Shown here: piece by piece, positions 1 to 13,000 of the stretch
How the letters are laid out: every line of letters begins with the position of its first letter
Position numbering within the stretch: position 1 is the first letter of the stretch
Origin: Octopus sinensis
Lineage: Eukaryota
Assembly: GCF_006345805.1 (NCBI RefSeq)
Contig: NC_043007.1
Span: 45,818,001 to 45,882,000 of the forward strand
Length of the DNA: 64,000 nt
Direction of reading: 5' to 3'
Position numbers and translations under genes: made by a program
Notes under the pieces: generated by a model
Seen by the model: the letters and a program-made list of their open reading frames with translations, nothing else
Databases searched by the model: none
Told to the model about the DNA's origin: nothing

Positions 1-469
1 GCAGTATAGCCCCTTTCCTAAACGTGAACTTACATACCACACAAACTTCACACAAACAAGAAATATGCCCCAATGACGAACTACCTCAGCAAACAAGCAT
101 AAGGACACTATGCTCAGAACAAAAACAGAATAATACAAAGAAATTGATCACAAAAATAATTGCCTAAAAGACAAATTCAAGGGAGGCAAACATCCAAAAT
201 ATGCCTCTGAAGAGTAACGTTCCTTGATTCATTGATTCATTGCTTTATTTACGCGAATTTACGAGATACCCTGTGAACGAAGCGAGTCTGTTTGCCAAAA
301 TGGAGGCGAACACCTTTCTCCATGTGATCGGCTTTAAAATTATTAAGACACTAGGTTATTCTCCTACTTTTCTTAAAATGAAACTAACGGTAGCCTTAAT
401 TCACAAATAAAGAAATTATATCCACCGATCCGGTGTTGAGCACTCGTTTTCATTGTTCCATATTTACGT

Positions 470-480
470 ATATATGTCTA

Positions 481-569
<89 letters not shown>

Positions 570-650
570 TATATATATATATTATATATATATATATATA
601 AGTGTGTGTATGTGTGTGTGTGTGTGTGTGGGTGTGTGTGTATGTGTGCA
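470..650. repeat. (TA)n followed by (TG)n compound microsatellite
   Basis: Directly visible; one example of dozens of (TA)n/(CA)n/(TATG)n tracts that generate the YIYI/THTH/CVCV pseudo-ORFs. Confidence 0.98.
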
Positions 651-2221
651 ATTTAATTAGATGATACATTAACTTCTTAAAGAGATGATTACATCCAAGA
701 AAACGATGGTTCTATACTTAATACCTTTGAGAAATTAAATTTTCCTAAATCAATAAGTATATATTTAGTATTGATGCGTATTAAATTAAGAGAAGAAAAT
801 AGAGAGTTAGTGGTTAATTATTTTTTAAATAAATTAATAATCATTTCTTTTTGCAGCTGTTTCCATTTGTAATCGTGAATAAGTTACGAACCTGTGCATT
901 AAATTTGCATTTATAAGTTATGAGCTAAATATAAATAGGGATAAGTTAGATATGAAAAATTACATTCTGACCTCTCAGAGTCTGCTGGAATCAAAAGGTA
1001 GGTCAATACGTTATTTTTACTTTCTGACATTTTCCTGATGATATTTTGCTCATAACTTATAAATGAAAATTTAATGTAGAAATTTGTAATTTATTTCAAT
1101 GATTATAAATGGAAACTGCAGTAGGAAAAATTATTATCAAGTTATTAACCTCGATCCCTCCATTTTCTTCTCTTAATTTAATAGGGAATGCACGTATATA
1201 AATATTTACGCATACGATCCAACACACACATATTTATATGGTTCATTTTATTAGCGATAATCCAATTTATTGATCATTTTGAATAGATGAGTACTTTACT
1301 TATCCTATTTTATATACTTACATTCATATTTTACAAGCATCACGAAGGAGGACGTGACGCATCAACAGAGAAATTAAGAGTAGCGCTGAACAGAGAAATG
1401 GTTCAATTGGATACACACGCACACATGCACACACGCAAGCACATACGCACGCGCGCGCGCACACAAACACACACATACACACTTGCATACCCAGAAACAC
1501 GTGTACAATGTACACCTACACATGCACTTTCATATGTATACAAACACAAATATATATATGTTTGTGTGCATGTGTGTGTATATGTGTGTTTGCGCGTGTG
1601 TGTGTGTGCAGAAAACACGGAGATACGTGCTCATACTGAAATAAACGACTTTTAACCTATTAAATTTCATTAGATTTACTAAACTTAAGATTTAACATAA
1701 TAACACTATGATAAAAGGAAATATTACACGAAACAGAAAAAATAAACTCCACCCGAGAATACCAAAACCTTCAGTAATCGAAATCCATGAAGCTGATGAC
1801 TATCCCAAACATATCTCCTTATGATTTAGTAATGAGTTGCAGCTGACTGGCGCTGCTGAATATAGAAAACGGCACAATCAGTGCGTTAAGTTCCAAGCAG
1901 TTAGAAATGAAAGCAGCACTTCCTGCCTAAACGGACATATTGAAAGTAGTTTATGCTTTAATAGGTATAATACGAGTGGATATTTATAAATCGAAGATAG
2001 TATTTATTTCATATGATGAGTTAGCCACGTATTTTCATGCGCTGGCGACTTTGTATTGGTATTGTAAAAAACCAAAACAAAAAGAAATTAAAAACTTCTG
2101 TAAGTAATCCGGGAAAAAACGTCCACTGACGCAGCAGGATATTCTATCTCAGTTATGGCATGTTGATATTACGTTACAAAGATAGCGATATGATTTATGA
2201 ATATGCAATGAAATGCGTATT

Positions 2222-2460
2222 TATGTACGTGTGTATGTGGCTAAGGGGTCAGGGTATTCGGTTCACGGTCGTAAGTCTTGAGTTCGATTCTCAGCGACAC
2301 GTTGTGTCCTTGAGCAAGACACTTTATTTTATGTTGCTCTTCCTGTGTCACGCCGAATCTTCCTGTGAACTAGGTTAAGTAGTTCAGTAGAGTGTTCAGT
2401 CACTCGCACCTTAAGTTCACAAGCTGAATCGGATCAACTAGACCCCGTAAACGACACAGT
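2222..2460 (+). mobile_element. tRNA-derived SINE, family C (degenerate)
   Basis: A-box-like TGGCTAAGGGG, B-box-like GAGTTCGATTC, then TGTGTCCTTGAGCAAGACACTT resembling a CORE-type central domain; head related to copies at 12707 and 13002. Confidence 0.7.
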
Positions 2461-3971
2461 ACAAGTTAAGTATATAGCTCTACACACACACAACTATATG
2501 TAGGTACGGTTCTATTCATAAAGCCGTTTATCATTATTATTGATAGTGTCATAAAATAGATATTGTTACGAAAATAACTGTGTCACTACAGTCATTTTAA
2601 AGGAGCCAATAGTATTCGTTATCATCTACTTAAACTATCATCAGTATATGTTACCTGAAACGCTTTCGTCTCAAAGAGATTAAAATAAGCCGGTTCTAAG
2701 CGAAATATTATCAGCTACCTGCATGTATATTGATCAAATAGATTGGAAACTCTGAACAACATATACAGCACAATCATCGACATGAATGAGTAACCTGAAG
2801 TCGGAGAAGATTTCTAATTTATTAATTAAAACGAAAGTCCTATTAAAGAAGACTTTGATCTCTTTTCATAACGGATGTAAACCTATTCTTGTACAATAAT
2901 GATAGTAATGATGCCAGAAACCAAAAAGTGTTCTTTCTTTTTTATTTATTTAGTGAAATATTTTAGGCTTAAAATATATGCTCTACTACCCGAGATTGAT
3001 ACAGGGACAATGTGCACCGATGTTCTATTCACTGGACTAGAATAATCTTGATTGATGAACGTGAAACAGTACGATTCCCTACTGTGGACTACTAACATTA
3101 AATGTTTTGAAAGTTATCTCTTCTTTTGAGGAATATATCCATCCCAAAACTTTGTCACATTTAATTTCAGAGTGTCCGATATTGATTTTTATATTCTTTG
3201 TAAAATCATCTTAAGATACTAATAATAGTCTTCAGACGAACTTTGTTTCAAATATAAACTGTACCTACTAAATAGCTTGTTTTATTTATATATTATGAAA
3301 CTGCCGCAATTCAAACCAGACATGTAACTATATAATTAATTTGTTTTGTTAAATTCTCTAGTGGAGTTAAATATTATTTCACCAAACATACAATAGCATA
3401 ATTATTCTTAATAACAACTGATTCAACATTTCTGCTTTGATATATTTTTAGAATACTACACAGCCATAAGCTACTAACAGATTTTGTTCTTTATCATAAT
3501 TTTATTGATTATAATGGAAGTTCTAGTTTTAAAATTATAAAGAAAATGAAAATATTGAATAGCTTTTGTGTCAGGTAGTGTATAATATTAAAATAAAACC
3601 CCATTAATTTTAATGCAGCTGCAATTTTATTATTAGCGTGGAACTCATACTAATGTATGGCGTAAACAGAATGTATCCAAATATTGGCACCACGGATCTA
3701 ATTTAGCCGAGAATAAAACATGAACGTTTATTACATGCATTGTCGTTACTTTAGTTACTGGTGAATAGCTAATAGATAAGTGTTGAATTTAGACGACAAT
3801 TGATTTCAGCCAGATCAATATTCATGACACTGTTTAGTAACGTATTTTCATCGACCATTATTGTATTGCTCAATCGAACATATTTACAACGTCTATGATA
3901 TACATGCCTGTAGAAAAAAAAATATATATATGTATGTGTGTGTGTGTGTGTGTGTATGTGTGTATGTATAT

Positions 3972-4035
<64 letters not shown>

Positions 4036-4884
4036 TATAATACATGCATATATTGTATTGTTTAATTTGTATTATTGTTGTTACTGTTATTGTTCCTGCT
4101 GTATGCTTCTTGATAGCTTTGATCCTATCTTATCGCATAAATGATCGACTGATTGTGGTAGCACATATTAAAGGGAAATATTATAACGCATGATCACTTT
4201 CAATATATTTATCTACCTACCAAGAAATAGGTAATTTTTATCGCATACGTCTTATGAAACTGGTGGTGAAATGCTTTGTATGACGTTCAACGTCTGTCTG
4301 TAGAAGGAGAGAGAGAGAAAGAGAGAAAAGAGAAGGAAAGAAAGAAAAGAGAAGGAGAGAAGGAATGAAAGAAAGAAAGCGAGAGAGAGGGACTCTAAAT
4401 TAACTCCAACGATCAAAGCCCATTCCTCAGTATTATCTTCCCAGCTTTTGCTGATATTGTAAAACTAATATAACCTCTTCTGTTTAAACCACTGTGTTTT
4501 ATGAAGAACATGGTAGCCCTTGTTCACTCTTTATGTTATTATTATCGATTTAGAAGCCGATTATGAACAAAATAACCTTTACATCACGGTATTTCTTAGC
4601 AGCGAAGCTGCTATCTTTTCTAGGGACAATTTCTAAAAATCTACCCTGCATTATAGCGGACGATAGTAAATTTTTTTCCCAAACTCCAAACGAGAGATAT
4701 CTAACATGAACTTCACGACAACTTTTCAATACTGTAAAAGTAACAAGAAAAGAAATTATAAGTATTAAGTGCTAAAGTGGTTGTCGCTTATCCACTAACA
4801 AAATATTTCGGTAAGATATGCTTTTATGTTGATCTTGATGTAAAAAATGTCAAGTTATGTATGTTGCATATATGTGCGCGTATG

Positions 4885-4917
<33 letters not shown>

Positions 4918-4985
4918 CATACGCACACATATATGCAACATACATAACTTATAAGTTATGTATGTTGCATATATGCGTGCGTATG

Positions 4986-5030
<45 letters not shown>

Positions 5031-6949
5031 AAAACCTGCATAAACGCGTATGTTAGTATCTATTTGTATTCCGTGTATACAATAGTCGAAAATATTGAGC
5101 GAATGAGCAAGTTGTTACTCCTTGGACAGGACGTAATTTCCTCATTGCTTTCCTTCTAGAATATCGAATAATATTACACGACAACATGTTACTATCTCAA
5201 TATATTAACAATGTCTAATACTCATAACTTTTGTGTAGATACGTTTTATGTTTTCTGTAGAATATAGTTGTGTCAAGTGAATGTAATTGAAGTAGATTTT
5301 AACACAAAACTAAGAGCCAAATTAAAATCTGCAATCCATTTAATATTCTGCTATGAAATGGCAGTTATTTCGATAGAAATGGCAGTTATTTCTTTCACAA
5401 ATCAGGCAGTTCTCTAGAATTAGGAAGGATGCGTTGCAACATGTTGCTTCTGACATACACAATACACAAAATATAAACTGCTCGAAATTTCTTTGATCAT
5501 ATATCTGCAAAATTAGGGCTAACAAGAATAATGTAAGACGTAGTTGCAGCTTTCACATTGGTGGAGACGAAAAGGCCATGGCTAAATCTACTCAAGATTT
5601 GTCACAAAGAGATATAGCAGTTGAGTAGCGTAGTTAATCATTAATATTGATATATCCTGTTAGAAATGTTTGCGTTGTTGGTAGAATTGCAAACACAATA
5701 TTCCTCAAGTCCTAAGCTGCATCGCTGAGAGAGAAACACATAAGATAATTGGGCCTCTGTACGATGCAGGTAGGAAAAAGGAGTCGTTACGGCTGGAGCA
5801 TATTTGTTCAGTGTCTCTTTTTATTCGGGGTTTGATTTGATGTCAATTATCAACACCATAATATTCATCATCATCAATAACAGCAATCTTGAACATGGTG
5901 ACTCCTTACTAAATAATAACCTCTTTCGAAATGAAATACGCCGTACACGTAAACGGTATGAGGGAAAATAATCACTGTCATGAAGGAACCGAATATCACT
6001 AGAATATATAACAAAAACATCAGAAGTACTCTCATTATTTTCCTTCTTTCAATTGTAGCCGCTGTGCGAATTCAGCTAATATACTTAAGCATAAATATTT
6101 GATACATAAAATGCAGAACAACAATGAAATTAGAGAATAACAGTCTACCTTCCAGAGATAGCAACCAAATTTTCCTCCTAGCAGTCTTTAAAAAGTACAG
6201 GACGCATTTCCGAATTTCCTGATGTAGTCTTACAGTTACTAAAAAGAGGAAATGGTATAGATAAAATGGGAACGTATTTAACAATGTAACAATTAACCAA
6301 CGAAGGGTATTTACAGAAAATATATACGTCTACTCATATTGTAATACAACACTTGAAGCCTTAATTTTTCAATGAAAGGGCAAAAAGAAAATTCAAAATA
6401 GCATCACGCAATGTATAACTATTATTACTGAGGAAACGCTATCACAAGAATTCCGAAGAAAAGCCCAAAATTCCTAAATGTACTATAACGTAGGGTTATA
6501 AACCAAACTTATGCAGAAACCTTATAACATACATAGATCCATGTATATATAATGTATATAAATATTCCAAACACCATTTGCTCACTAAAAGGATATGGCA
6601 ACATATTACCAATGTAAGTATCAAAAATAATAGATAATATGGCAAAATGTATACCTAAATATATACATACGAGTGCAAATACATAATATAGGAAGAGGTG
6701 GACAAAGTCACACGCGAGAACCGAATCATGTATTTGCAGCTGACCAAATGGCCGTGATAGGCCACTAAACTAGAGAGGCGTGCTAACAAATTCATTCATA
6801 TACACATTCATATTACAGACACACATAAATATACAAGTTTATATATACGTATGTATGATTGTATGTATGTATGTATGTATGTATGTATGTATGTATGTAT
6901 GTATGTATGTGTGTGTGTGTGTATGCATGCATCTTCTACTTTTTAATTA

Positions 6950-8240
6950 TTATGAATCTTCCACTGAGGGAGCCGATTTCCAACAAAGATCGGAAGATCT
7001 ATCTTTGGGATGTAGTTAAGACAGACAAATTGCATATTTTTACTGTTCCACTCACAGATTGCACTTGTAATGTACGAATTTTCCGGTCAATTTCTTTTTC
7101 TGAAAATTCAAATTTATCCAGATTTTCTTTTAAGCATTTACTAACAAAACCTAGTGCTCCAATTATTATTGGTATGAATATGAATTCATATTCCGTATAT
7201 AGAAGCTGGAGGTTTCAAAGCAGTTGTAGATATCCTGTTTTCCTTTGATTTTTCGAAGACATATTTGTATCTGCGGGGCAGCTGATCTCTATGACGGTAC
7301 ATACTTTTGCCTCTCTATCCCAAACAACAATATCTGGACTGTAATGTTTACATTTGACAGAAATTTTGATAGAAATATTCCACCAGTATTCCTTGAGTTG
7401 GTCTTTATGGATATATTCCACAGCAGAAGTATTTTCTAAGTTTATTTCAGGACAGTCTTTTTTACAGATAACATTGTAAATTGTTTTAGCAACAACATCG
7501 TGCTGCATTGGGAGGTAGTACTGTGATGACATTCTAGGACAGCTGCTAATCACATGCGTGGTGTCTTCCACAGAAACATGACATATCCTACTCATGCCGT
7601 TGGCCCTTGGGATTGCAAGAGCGTCACTGCCTCTCTTGTTCACCAGGTACTTTGTGGAGATCTCCTGTTACTGGATTGCAAACGCATAGCCTTCAAAGTG
7701 TGATGTAATGTAGTGGTCTTGTGGCCAAGAGAGGCTGCACTTCGTCTTAATTCATACCCATGCATAGTCTTTTTTTCTATGCTGAGTGCTTTCCATCCAG
7801 GTCTCCTCCGAGGTAAGGAAGCCCAGCTGTTTTGGGGCTATATAGGAGATCATCAGGAAGAGAGTGTTTCTTTAAAAGCTCACTACTAAGTCATACAATG
7901 TTGCACACTTCACATTTCAGCACAGCATTTATATATTTATTTTTGCTGCTGTTGTTTAGCAGATACTGCTTGAGTGATACGATACGGCGTTCGAAAGCCG
8001 TCTGCACTGATATCAGGCCTCTACCACTTTCATCTTTTTTTAGGTAGGGCCTGTCAACGTCACTATTTCTCTGGAAGTTCTCATTTGTTGATAGGAGTTT
8101 GCGGGTTTTGATATCCCTAGAGTAGAATTCCTCTACACACCAAATAAGTATCCGAAATTGGGATAAGCACTGATACTGCAAATGCATTGTGGAATATTGT
8201 TTCGTTGTAAGAGGAAAGTTCTGACTGCCATATTTTCCTG
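6950..8240 (-). mobile_element. 3' fragment of R4/Dong-like non-LTR retrotransposon (RT thumb, CCHC, RLE endonuclease), degraded
   Basis: Minus-strand translations DVDRPYLKKDESGRGLI, SRICHVSVEDTTHVISSCP (zinc knuckle remnant), YSPDIVV..IEISCP (PD-(D/E)xK) and IIIGALG, in the same order as the element at 52770-56045. Confidence 0.9.
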
Positions 8241-8254
8241 TATGCATGCATGTA

Positions 8255-8307
<53 letters not shown>

Positions 8308-8341
8308 TGTGTGCGTGTGTGTGGGTGTATGTAGGTGTGTG

Positions 8342-8379
<38 letters not shown>

Positions 8380-8647
8380 GATGCTATAACAGCACCTTCA
8401 TTAAATGTATAAATGGTTGGCAATTAATGGGGATGTTTCAAAATTAAATTCCTGTAGGAAAAATAGTTATGTGACCACATTTATCCCTAGTACATAGTGG
8501 GTACGTATATTATTGGTGCATGGATATTGAAGCGTAAAGCACCACTATTAAGAAAAAAAAATTCACAATTTATAATATCAAATTTTGTCCGCTTCTTAAA
8601 AACCCCAAGCTGTAATATACATGCTTTGTTTCTCTTTTCGCTTATAG

Positions 8648-8713
8648 GAGGTATCTAGCCAACCACATAATTTACAAGATAGTGTGCGTAATATCTGGAA
8701 TTCACTCGAGGAA
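8648..8713 (+). CDS. Probable internal coding exon of an unidentified host gene (EVSSQPHNLQDSVRNIWNSLEE, phase 0-0)
   Basis: Strong acceptor tttgtttctcttttcgcttatag, donor GAA|gtaaga, 66 nt open, unique sequence. No homology recognised. Confidence 0.55.
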
Positions 8714-9309
8714 GTAAGATAAATAGAGAAAGAACATTCCCGATCATTATTGGAAGAAAAAAGATTTAAACTACAATGTTTTCGCTCTAAAAAAAAAAAA
8801 AGAGAAAACACATATTTTTCACTTCGAAAATATATCATAAAGTCAAAATGTTTCTGATACAGACACATATCAAACTAATAAAGAAAATATGTATGTCACT
8901 GAACAGAATGTCACAAGCCAATAACTCTGGATCACATTAGTACACGCGCATTAGATACGTGTTGCCATAGTTATAATGTTGCGAGAACATCTGAGGTAAA
9001 GCGAGTGACGTGTTTAAATCAAAGAAGCATTACGTACACATTACTGTTTCGGGTCATTATCATTAAACGAATCAGCTTACTGTCATGGAGGATGGAAATG
9101 CTATACAAGCCGTTATTGATCATAAATCATAAAACATACGTTATATACAAGTACACACATACACACAGGCATGGATACTCTCACGAACGCACACTCACTC
9201 ATATACACATAAGGATGTGTACATATCAATATCTTTACAGACATATACTGATAGAAATTCATTTATACACTCATATTTGCAATCATTCACATATATATTT
9301 TTACCGTTC

Positions 9310-9490
9310 ATCTTTTATGTTTTATCATTTACTTGTCTCAGTCAATAGACTGTGGCAGTGCGGGTGTACCGTTTTGAAGCATTTTGGCCAAACGGATTGA
9401 TCCCCAGTACTTAGGGTTTCATTTAAGCCTAACAAGTTCTCTTTTATCGAAGTTCAGGAAACATAAACACACCAACACAGGTTGTCAACA
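9310..9490 (-). mobile_element. SINE family A, 3' fragment
   Basis: Matches the 3' part of the full copies at 40005-40397 and 50815-51242. Confidence 0.75.
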
Positions 9491-10014
9491 AAAAAAAAAA
9501 ATCTTAAAAATTTCTTAAAATTCTTATTTTCCCACTCTATCAATTGCAGACAATACTTAGGACCAAACAAGAATTAATTTGGAAAGTTTCTTTGTTAAAG
9601 AATGTCAGCCACTCTTGCCAGGCTATAAAGCACATCAGTATTATGCTTTTCATATAAATTGATTATTGTAGAATATCTACCTAAGTTCGTTCTTAAGAAA
9701 AGCAAAATTCATGTAGTCGCTATCATCTATTTTATTTACCCCCACACCGCATTATCTCATTTGCCCATACCTTGTTAACAAAAAAGGGGCAAGCTTTGAC
9801 ATATTCAAAGGGACATCCGTCTACGTTGCTGAGACAGCACATAGCATAGGGGAGCGGATAAATGAACATTGGTGGGAGATCAAAGAGGAGAATAGCTCGT
9901 CAGTATTCTAACAACATGCTCGATTAGAACATAAAAGCTCAGTTAATAACACAGAAGTATTATCAGCGCGTAAAATAGACACGACATATAGACAGATTAT
10001 ATATATATATTGCG

Positions 10015-10094
<80 letters not shown>

Positions 10095-10130
10095 ACGCAC
10101 TCACACGCACGTACACACATATACTAATAA

Positions 10131-10210
10131 GTAACGTGAAGATGGATTTGGTATTAAACTTAATTCTGTACGACGTTCGTTTCAACCCGTCCTACTATTG
10201 TCCTTTATGC
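10131..10210 (-). repeat. Inverted partial copy of the hammerhead-containing repeat at 10743-10820 (3' half only)
   Basis: About 80% identical by hand alignment to the reverse complement of 10743-10818; minus strand reads GGGTT GAAA C GAAC G TC GTACA. Confidence 0.85.
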
Positions 10211-10531
10211 ATTCGAAGGCTTGTGTATATGTGCATGCGTGTAAGTACATACGTATATGTGTGTGAGCGTGCGTGTACAAATATACGTATATATTGAGTG
10301 TGCCTCTGTGTGTGTCTATGCATGTATGTTTGTTTGCACGTATGTATGTTTGTATGTGTGTATGTATATGTATATATATATATATATTTGTATATAAGTC
10401 TGTATGTGTGTGTGTATGTGTATGTATGTGTATGTAAGTACACAAAACTGTTTGACTAAGTATTCGTTTTCTTGTTTTACCTGTTCTCTTCCTTTTTTTT
10501 TCTTTTGCTAATATATGTTCCCTCTATCCAG

Positions 10532-10657
10532 TTAATGAAAGCGGAAGCTGATTATGTCATTTTATCTAAACAGGAACGCAAGATTTCCGCCACCATATCT
10601 GAATTTTGCGCTTCAGCAATCTTGTCCGCATTTTATTCATTTCTTAACAACATGGCA
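10532..10657 (+). CDS. Probable internal coding exon of the host gene (LMKAEADYVILSKQERKISATISEFCASAILSAFYSFLNNMA, phase 0-0)
   Basis: Long polypyrimidine tract, branch-like gctaat, ccag acceptor, donor GCA|gtgaga; 126 nt = 42 codons, in phase with exon 8648-8713. Confidence 0.6.
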
Positions 10658-10680
10658 GTGAGACAAAATTTATCAGTCAA

Positions 10681-10782
10681 TGTACCTGATGAGACCCAGA
10701 CTGTACACTCGATCAGGCACATGTTGAACGGAGTCCCACCCATAAGGACAATACCATAACAGGTCGAAACGAACCTCGTACA
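10681..10782 (+). ncRNA. Type I hammerhead ribozyme motif with 65-nt loop II
   Basis: Stem I TGTAC/GTACA, core CTGATGA, stem II GACC/GGTC, GAAA, C-GAAC-C (stem III pair lost here, intact C-G in the inverted copy), cleavage TC. Confidence 0.65.
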
Positions 10783-10994
10783 GAATATGGCTTAATGCCA
10801 AATCCATTTTCTCGTTACATATTAATGTAATTACTGTAACTGACACTGCGGTGTTTCTGAAGCTGATCCAACGGAAGTACACCACGACTGCGGATAACAA
10901 CATGTAGCCTAAACTGTGCCGGTACTCTACCAACATGTAGACACACTAATCGACTTATAACTATTAGTCCAAAATATTTATTATATATATACAT

Positions 10995-11160
10995 ATACAC
11001 GACAGACTTCTCTTAGTTTCCGTGTACCAACCCCACTGGTAGGTCTTTGATCAACCGGAAGCTACACTAGAAAATAATTGCTTAAGATGCCATGCAGTAG
11101 GACTGAACCCCTGATCATATCGCTAGGAAGTAAACTCCTAATTACACAGCTACCCCTGTG
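10995..11160 (-). mobile_element. SINE family A, 5' fragment (degenerate)
   Basis: Similar to the tRNA-like head and adjacent body of the full copies. Confidence 0.7.
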
Positions 11161-11444
11161 CCTATATAAATACACACATCCGTGATTGGGTGTGGTGTAT
11201 TCTTTATTTATGCGCGCGCTTGTGTATTTGTGTGTGTATGTGCAAGTAAAACGATGGTGGTCGTTTCTAAGTGTGTTTGAATTATTGAGAGCAGTGGAAA
11301 AATATATGACTATATTATGCAAAATCTCTTCGTTTTTTCTTTATTTATCCTGCTGTCTGAATCGCACCGTCACTCTACATATGAGCATGCATAGATAATC
11401 GAACATATAGATCCTCACACATATATTGTATTTTTTTATTTTGT

Positions 11445-11560
11445 TATTCTTTTACTTGCATCAGTCATTTGACTGGAGCACCGTCTTGAAGGGTTTTAGT
11501 CGAACAAATCAACCCCTGTTGTCAAACAAGGGACAAACACAGAAACACAGACACAAAGAA

Positions 11561-11591
<31 letters not shown>

Positions 11592-11730
11592 CACATATAC
11601 GACGAGCTTCTTTCAGTTTCCATCTACTAAATCCACTCACAAAGCTTTGGTCGCCTAGAGGCTATAGTAGTAGACACTTTCCCAAAGTGCCACGCAATGA
11701 GAAGGAATCCGGAACCCTTACCACACAGCC
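11445..11730 (-). mobile_element. SINE family A, internally deleted copy
   Basis: Head (ttaccacacagcc), body (aaatccactcacaaagc) and tail (cttttacttg) segments present. Confidence 0.85.
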
Positions 11731-11764
11731 TCGTATGTATGTCTGTATATGTATATATAAAAAT

Positions 11765-11797
11765 ATATGATACATAATATATAATATATATATTATA

Positions 11798-11828
<31 letters not shown>

Positions 11829-12120
11829 TAGGTATATGAGTATGGGTGTATATATAGTTTAATATTATATTATTATTATATATATTTTTTTTTTTCTATT
11901 TTTTTTTTGTTTTTGTTTTATATTTTATATTTTATATTTTATATTTTATATTTTATATTTTATATTAATTGTTGATAGGTTTTTTTAGTTTATATATTGT
12001 TTATATATTGATTATATATGGATTATAGATAGGTTATATATGGATTATATACTTATATTTTTTCATTCATACTTTAATTATTTTAAAATTATTATTTTAT
12101 TTTAAAATATTGATTTTTTA
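11765..12120. repeat. AT-rich low-complexity tract including (ATATTTT)n
   Basis: Directly visible. Confidence 0.9.
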
Positions 12121-12130
12121 GATTGGAAGT

Positions 12131-12173
12131 CCACCTGAAGATTGTCGATCAAGACAAGAAACGATTGTAGTGG
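12131..12173 (+). ncRNA. Minimal type I hammerhead ribozyme (Penelope-like pLTR type)
   Basis: CCAC-CTGAAGA-TTGTC(gatcaa)GACAA-GAAA-C(gatt)G-TA-GTGG: all core nucleotides and three stems present. Confidence 0.75.
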
Positions 12174-12469
12174 CGGTTTTTTTTACTATTTATTAAAATT
12201 TATGTATTGATTAAGTCTTTCCTTGTTTGTTTTGCAAAATAGTGGTTTTGTCTCGAATAATATTTTATATATATATATATATTATATATATATATATATA
12301 ATATATATATATATATATTATATATATATTATATATATATATATGTATATATATGCACATTTTTTGTGAAAAGAAACCAAAGTAGTTATATCATGGCTTT
12401 TATCACTCCTACAGTTGAAAATTTATTTCGGGTTGAGCTTATTTGTTCCCACGCTATTCAAACTTTTTC

Positions 12470-12690
12470 AAGGCGGCGAGCTGGCAGAAACGTTACTACG
12501 CTGCGCGAAATGCATAGCGATACTTCGTCTGTTTATTGAAAGAAGATGATGTTCTGAATTCAAATTCCGCCCCTTTCATCCTTTCAGGTTCGATAAATTA
12601 AGTACCAGTTGCGTACTGGAGTCGATTTACTTCAGTAGCCCACTCCCCCAAAATTTCGGTCCTTGTGCCTATGGTTGAAAAGAATATAGT
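12470..12690 (+). mobile_element. SINE family B
   Basis: Starts aaggcggcgagctggcagaa; contains ttcaaattccgcc and gataaattaagtaccagtt as in other family B copies. Confidence 0.85.
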
Positions 12691-12706
12691 ATATACCAAT
12701 TTCTTT

Positions 12707-12925
12707 GGAGGCGCGTGACCTAGTGGTTAGGGTGTTGGACTCATGATCGTAACGTTGTGGTTTCGATTTCTGAACCGGGTAACGCGCTGTGCTCTGGAAC
12801 AAAACACTTCACTTCACATTGCTCCAGTCCAAACAGCTGTCAAAAGTGACTAATCCTGTGACGGACCCGCGTCCCGACCAGGTGGGGAATATATACGCCA
12901 GGGAAACCGGGAAACCGGCCCTTTG
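12707..12925 (+). mobile_element. SINE family C, internally deleted
   Basis: Head ggaggcgcgtgacctagtggttaggg with B-box-like gtttcgatt; tail cgtcccgaccagg..gaaaccgggaaaccgg shared with 13001-13317. Confidence 0.8.
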
Positions 12926-13000
12926 TGTCTATATGAATCATTACAGCATCATTATAGCTTCGGGCTTAGCGGCATTTCGTCCGTCCTTCTTTACGTTCTG

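Noticed and set aside
1-240. A/C-rich stretch ending in CTGAAGA as a possible Penelope end with hammerhead
   Set aside because: No stem II or GAAA follows and no recognisable peptide in any frame.
433-660. ORFs rich in YI, TH, CV, LSIY, poly-N/I/L/Y (here and throughout)
   Set aside because: They are translations of microsatellites.
5419-5627. Frame with one internal TGA (…SKFL*SYICK…) as a readthrough or selenoprotein candidate
   Set aside because: No homology, weak splice signals, no SECIS evidence; expected by chance.
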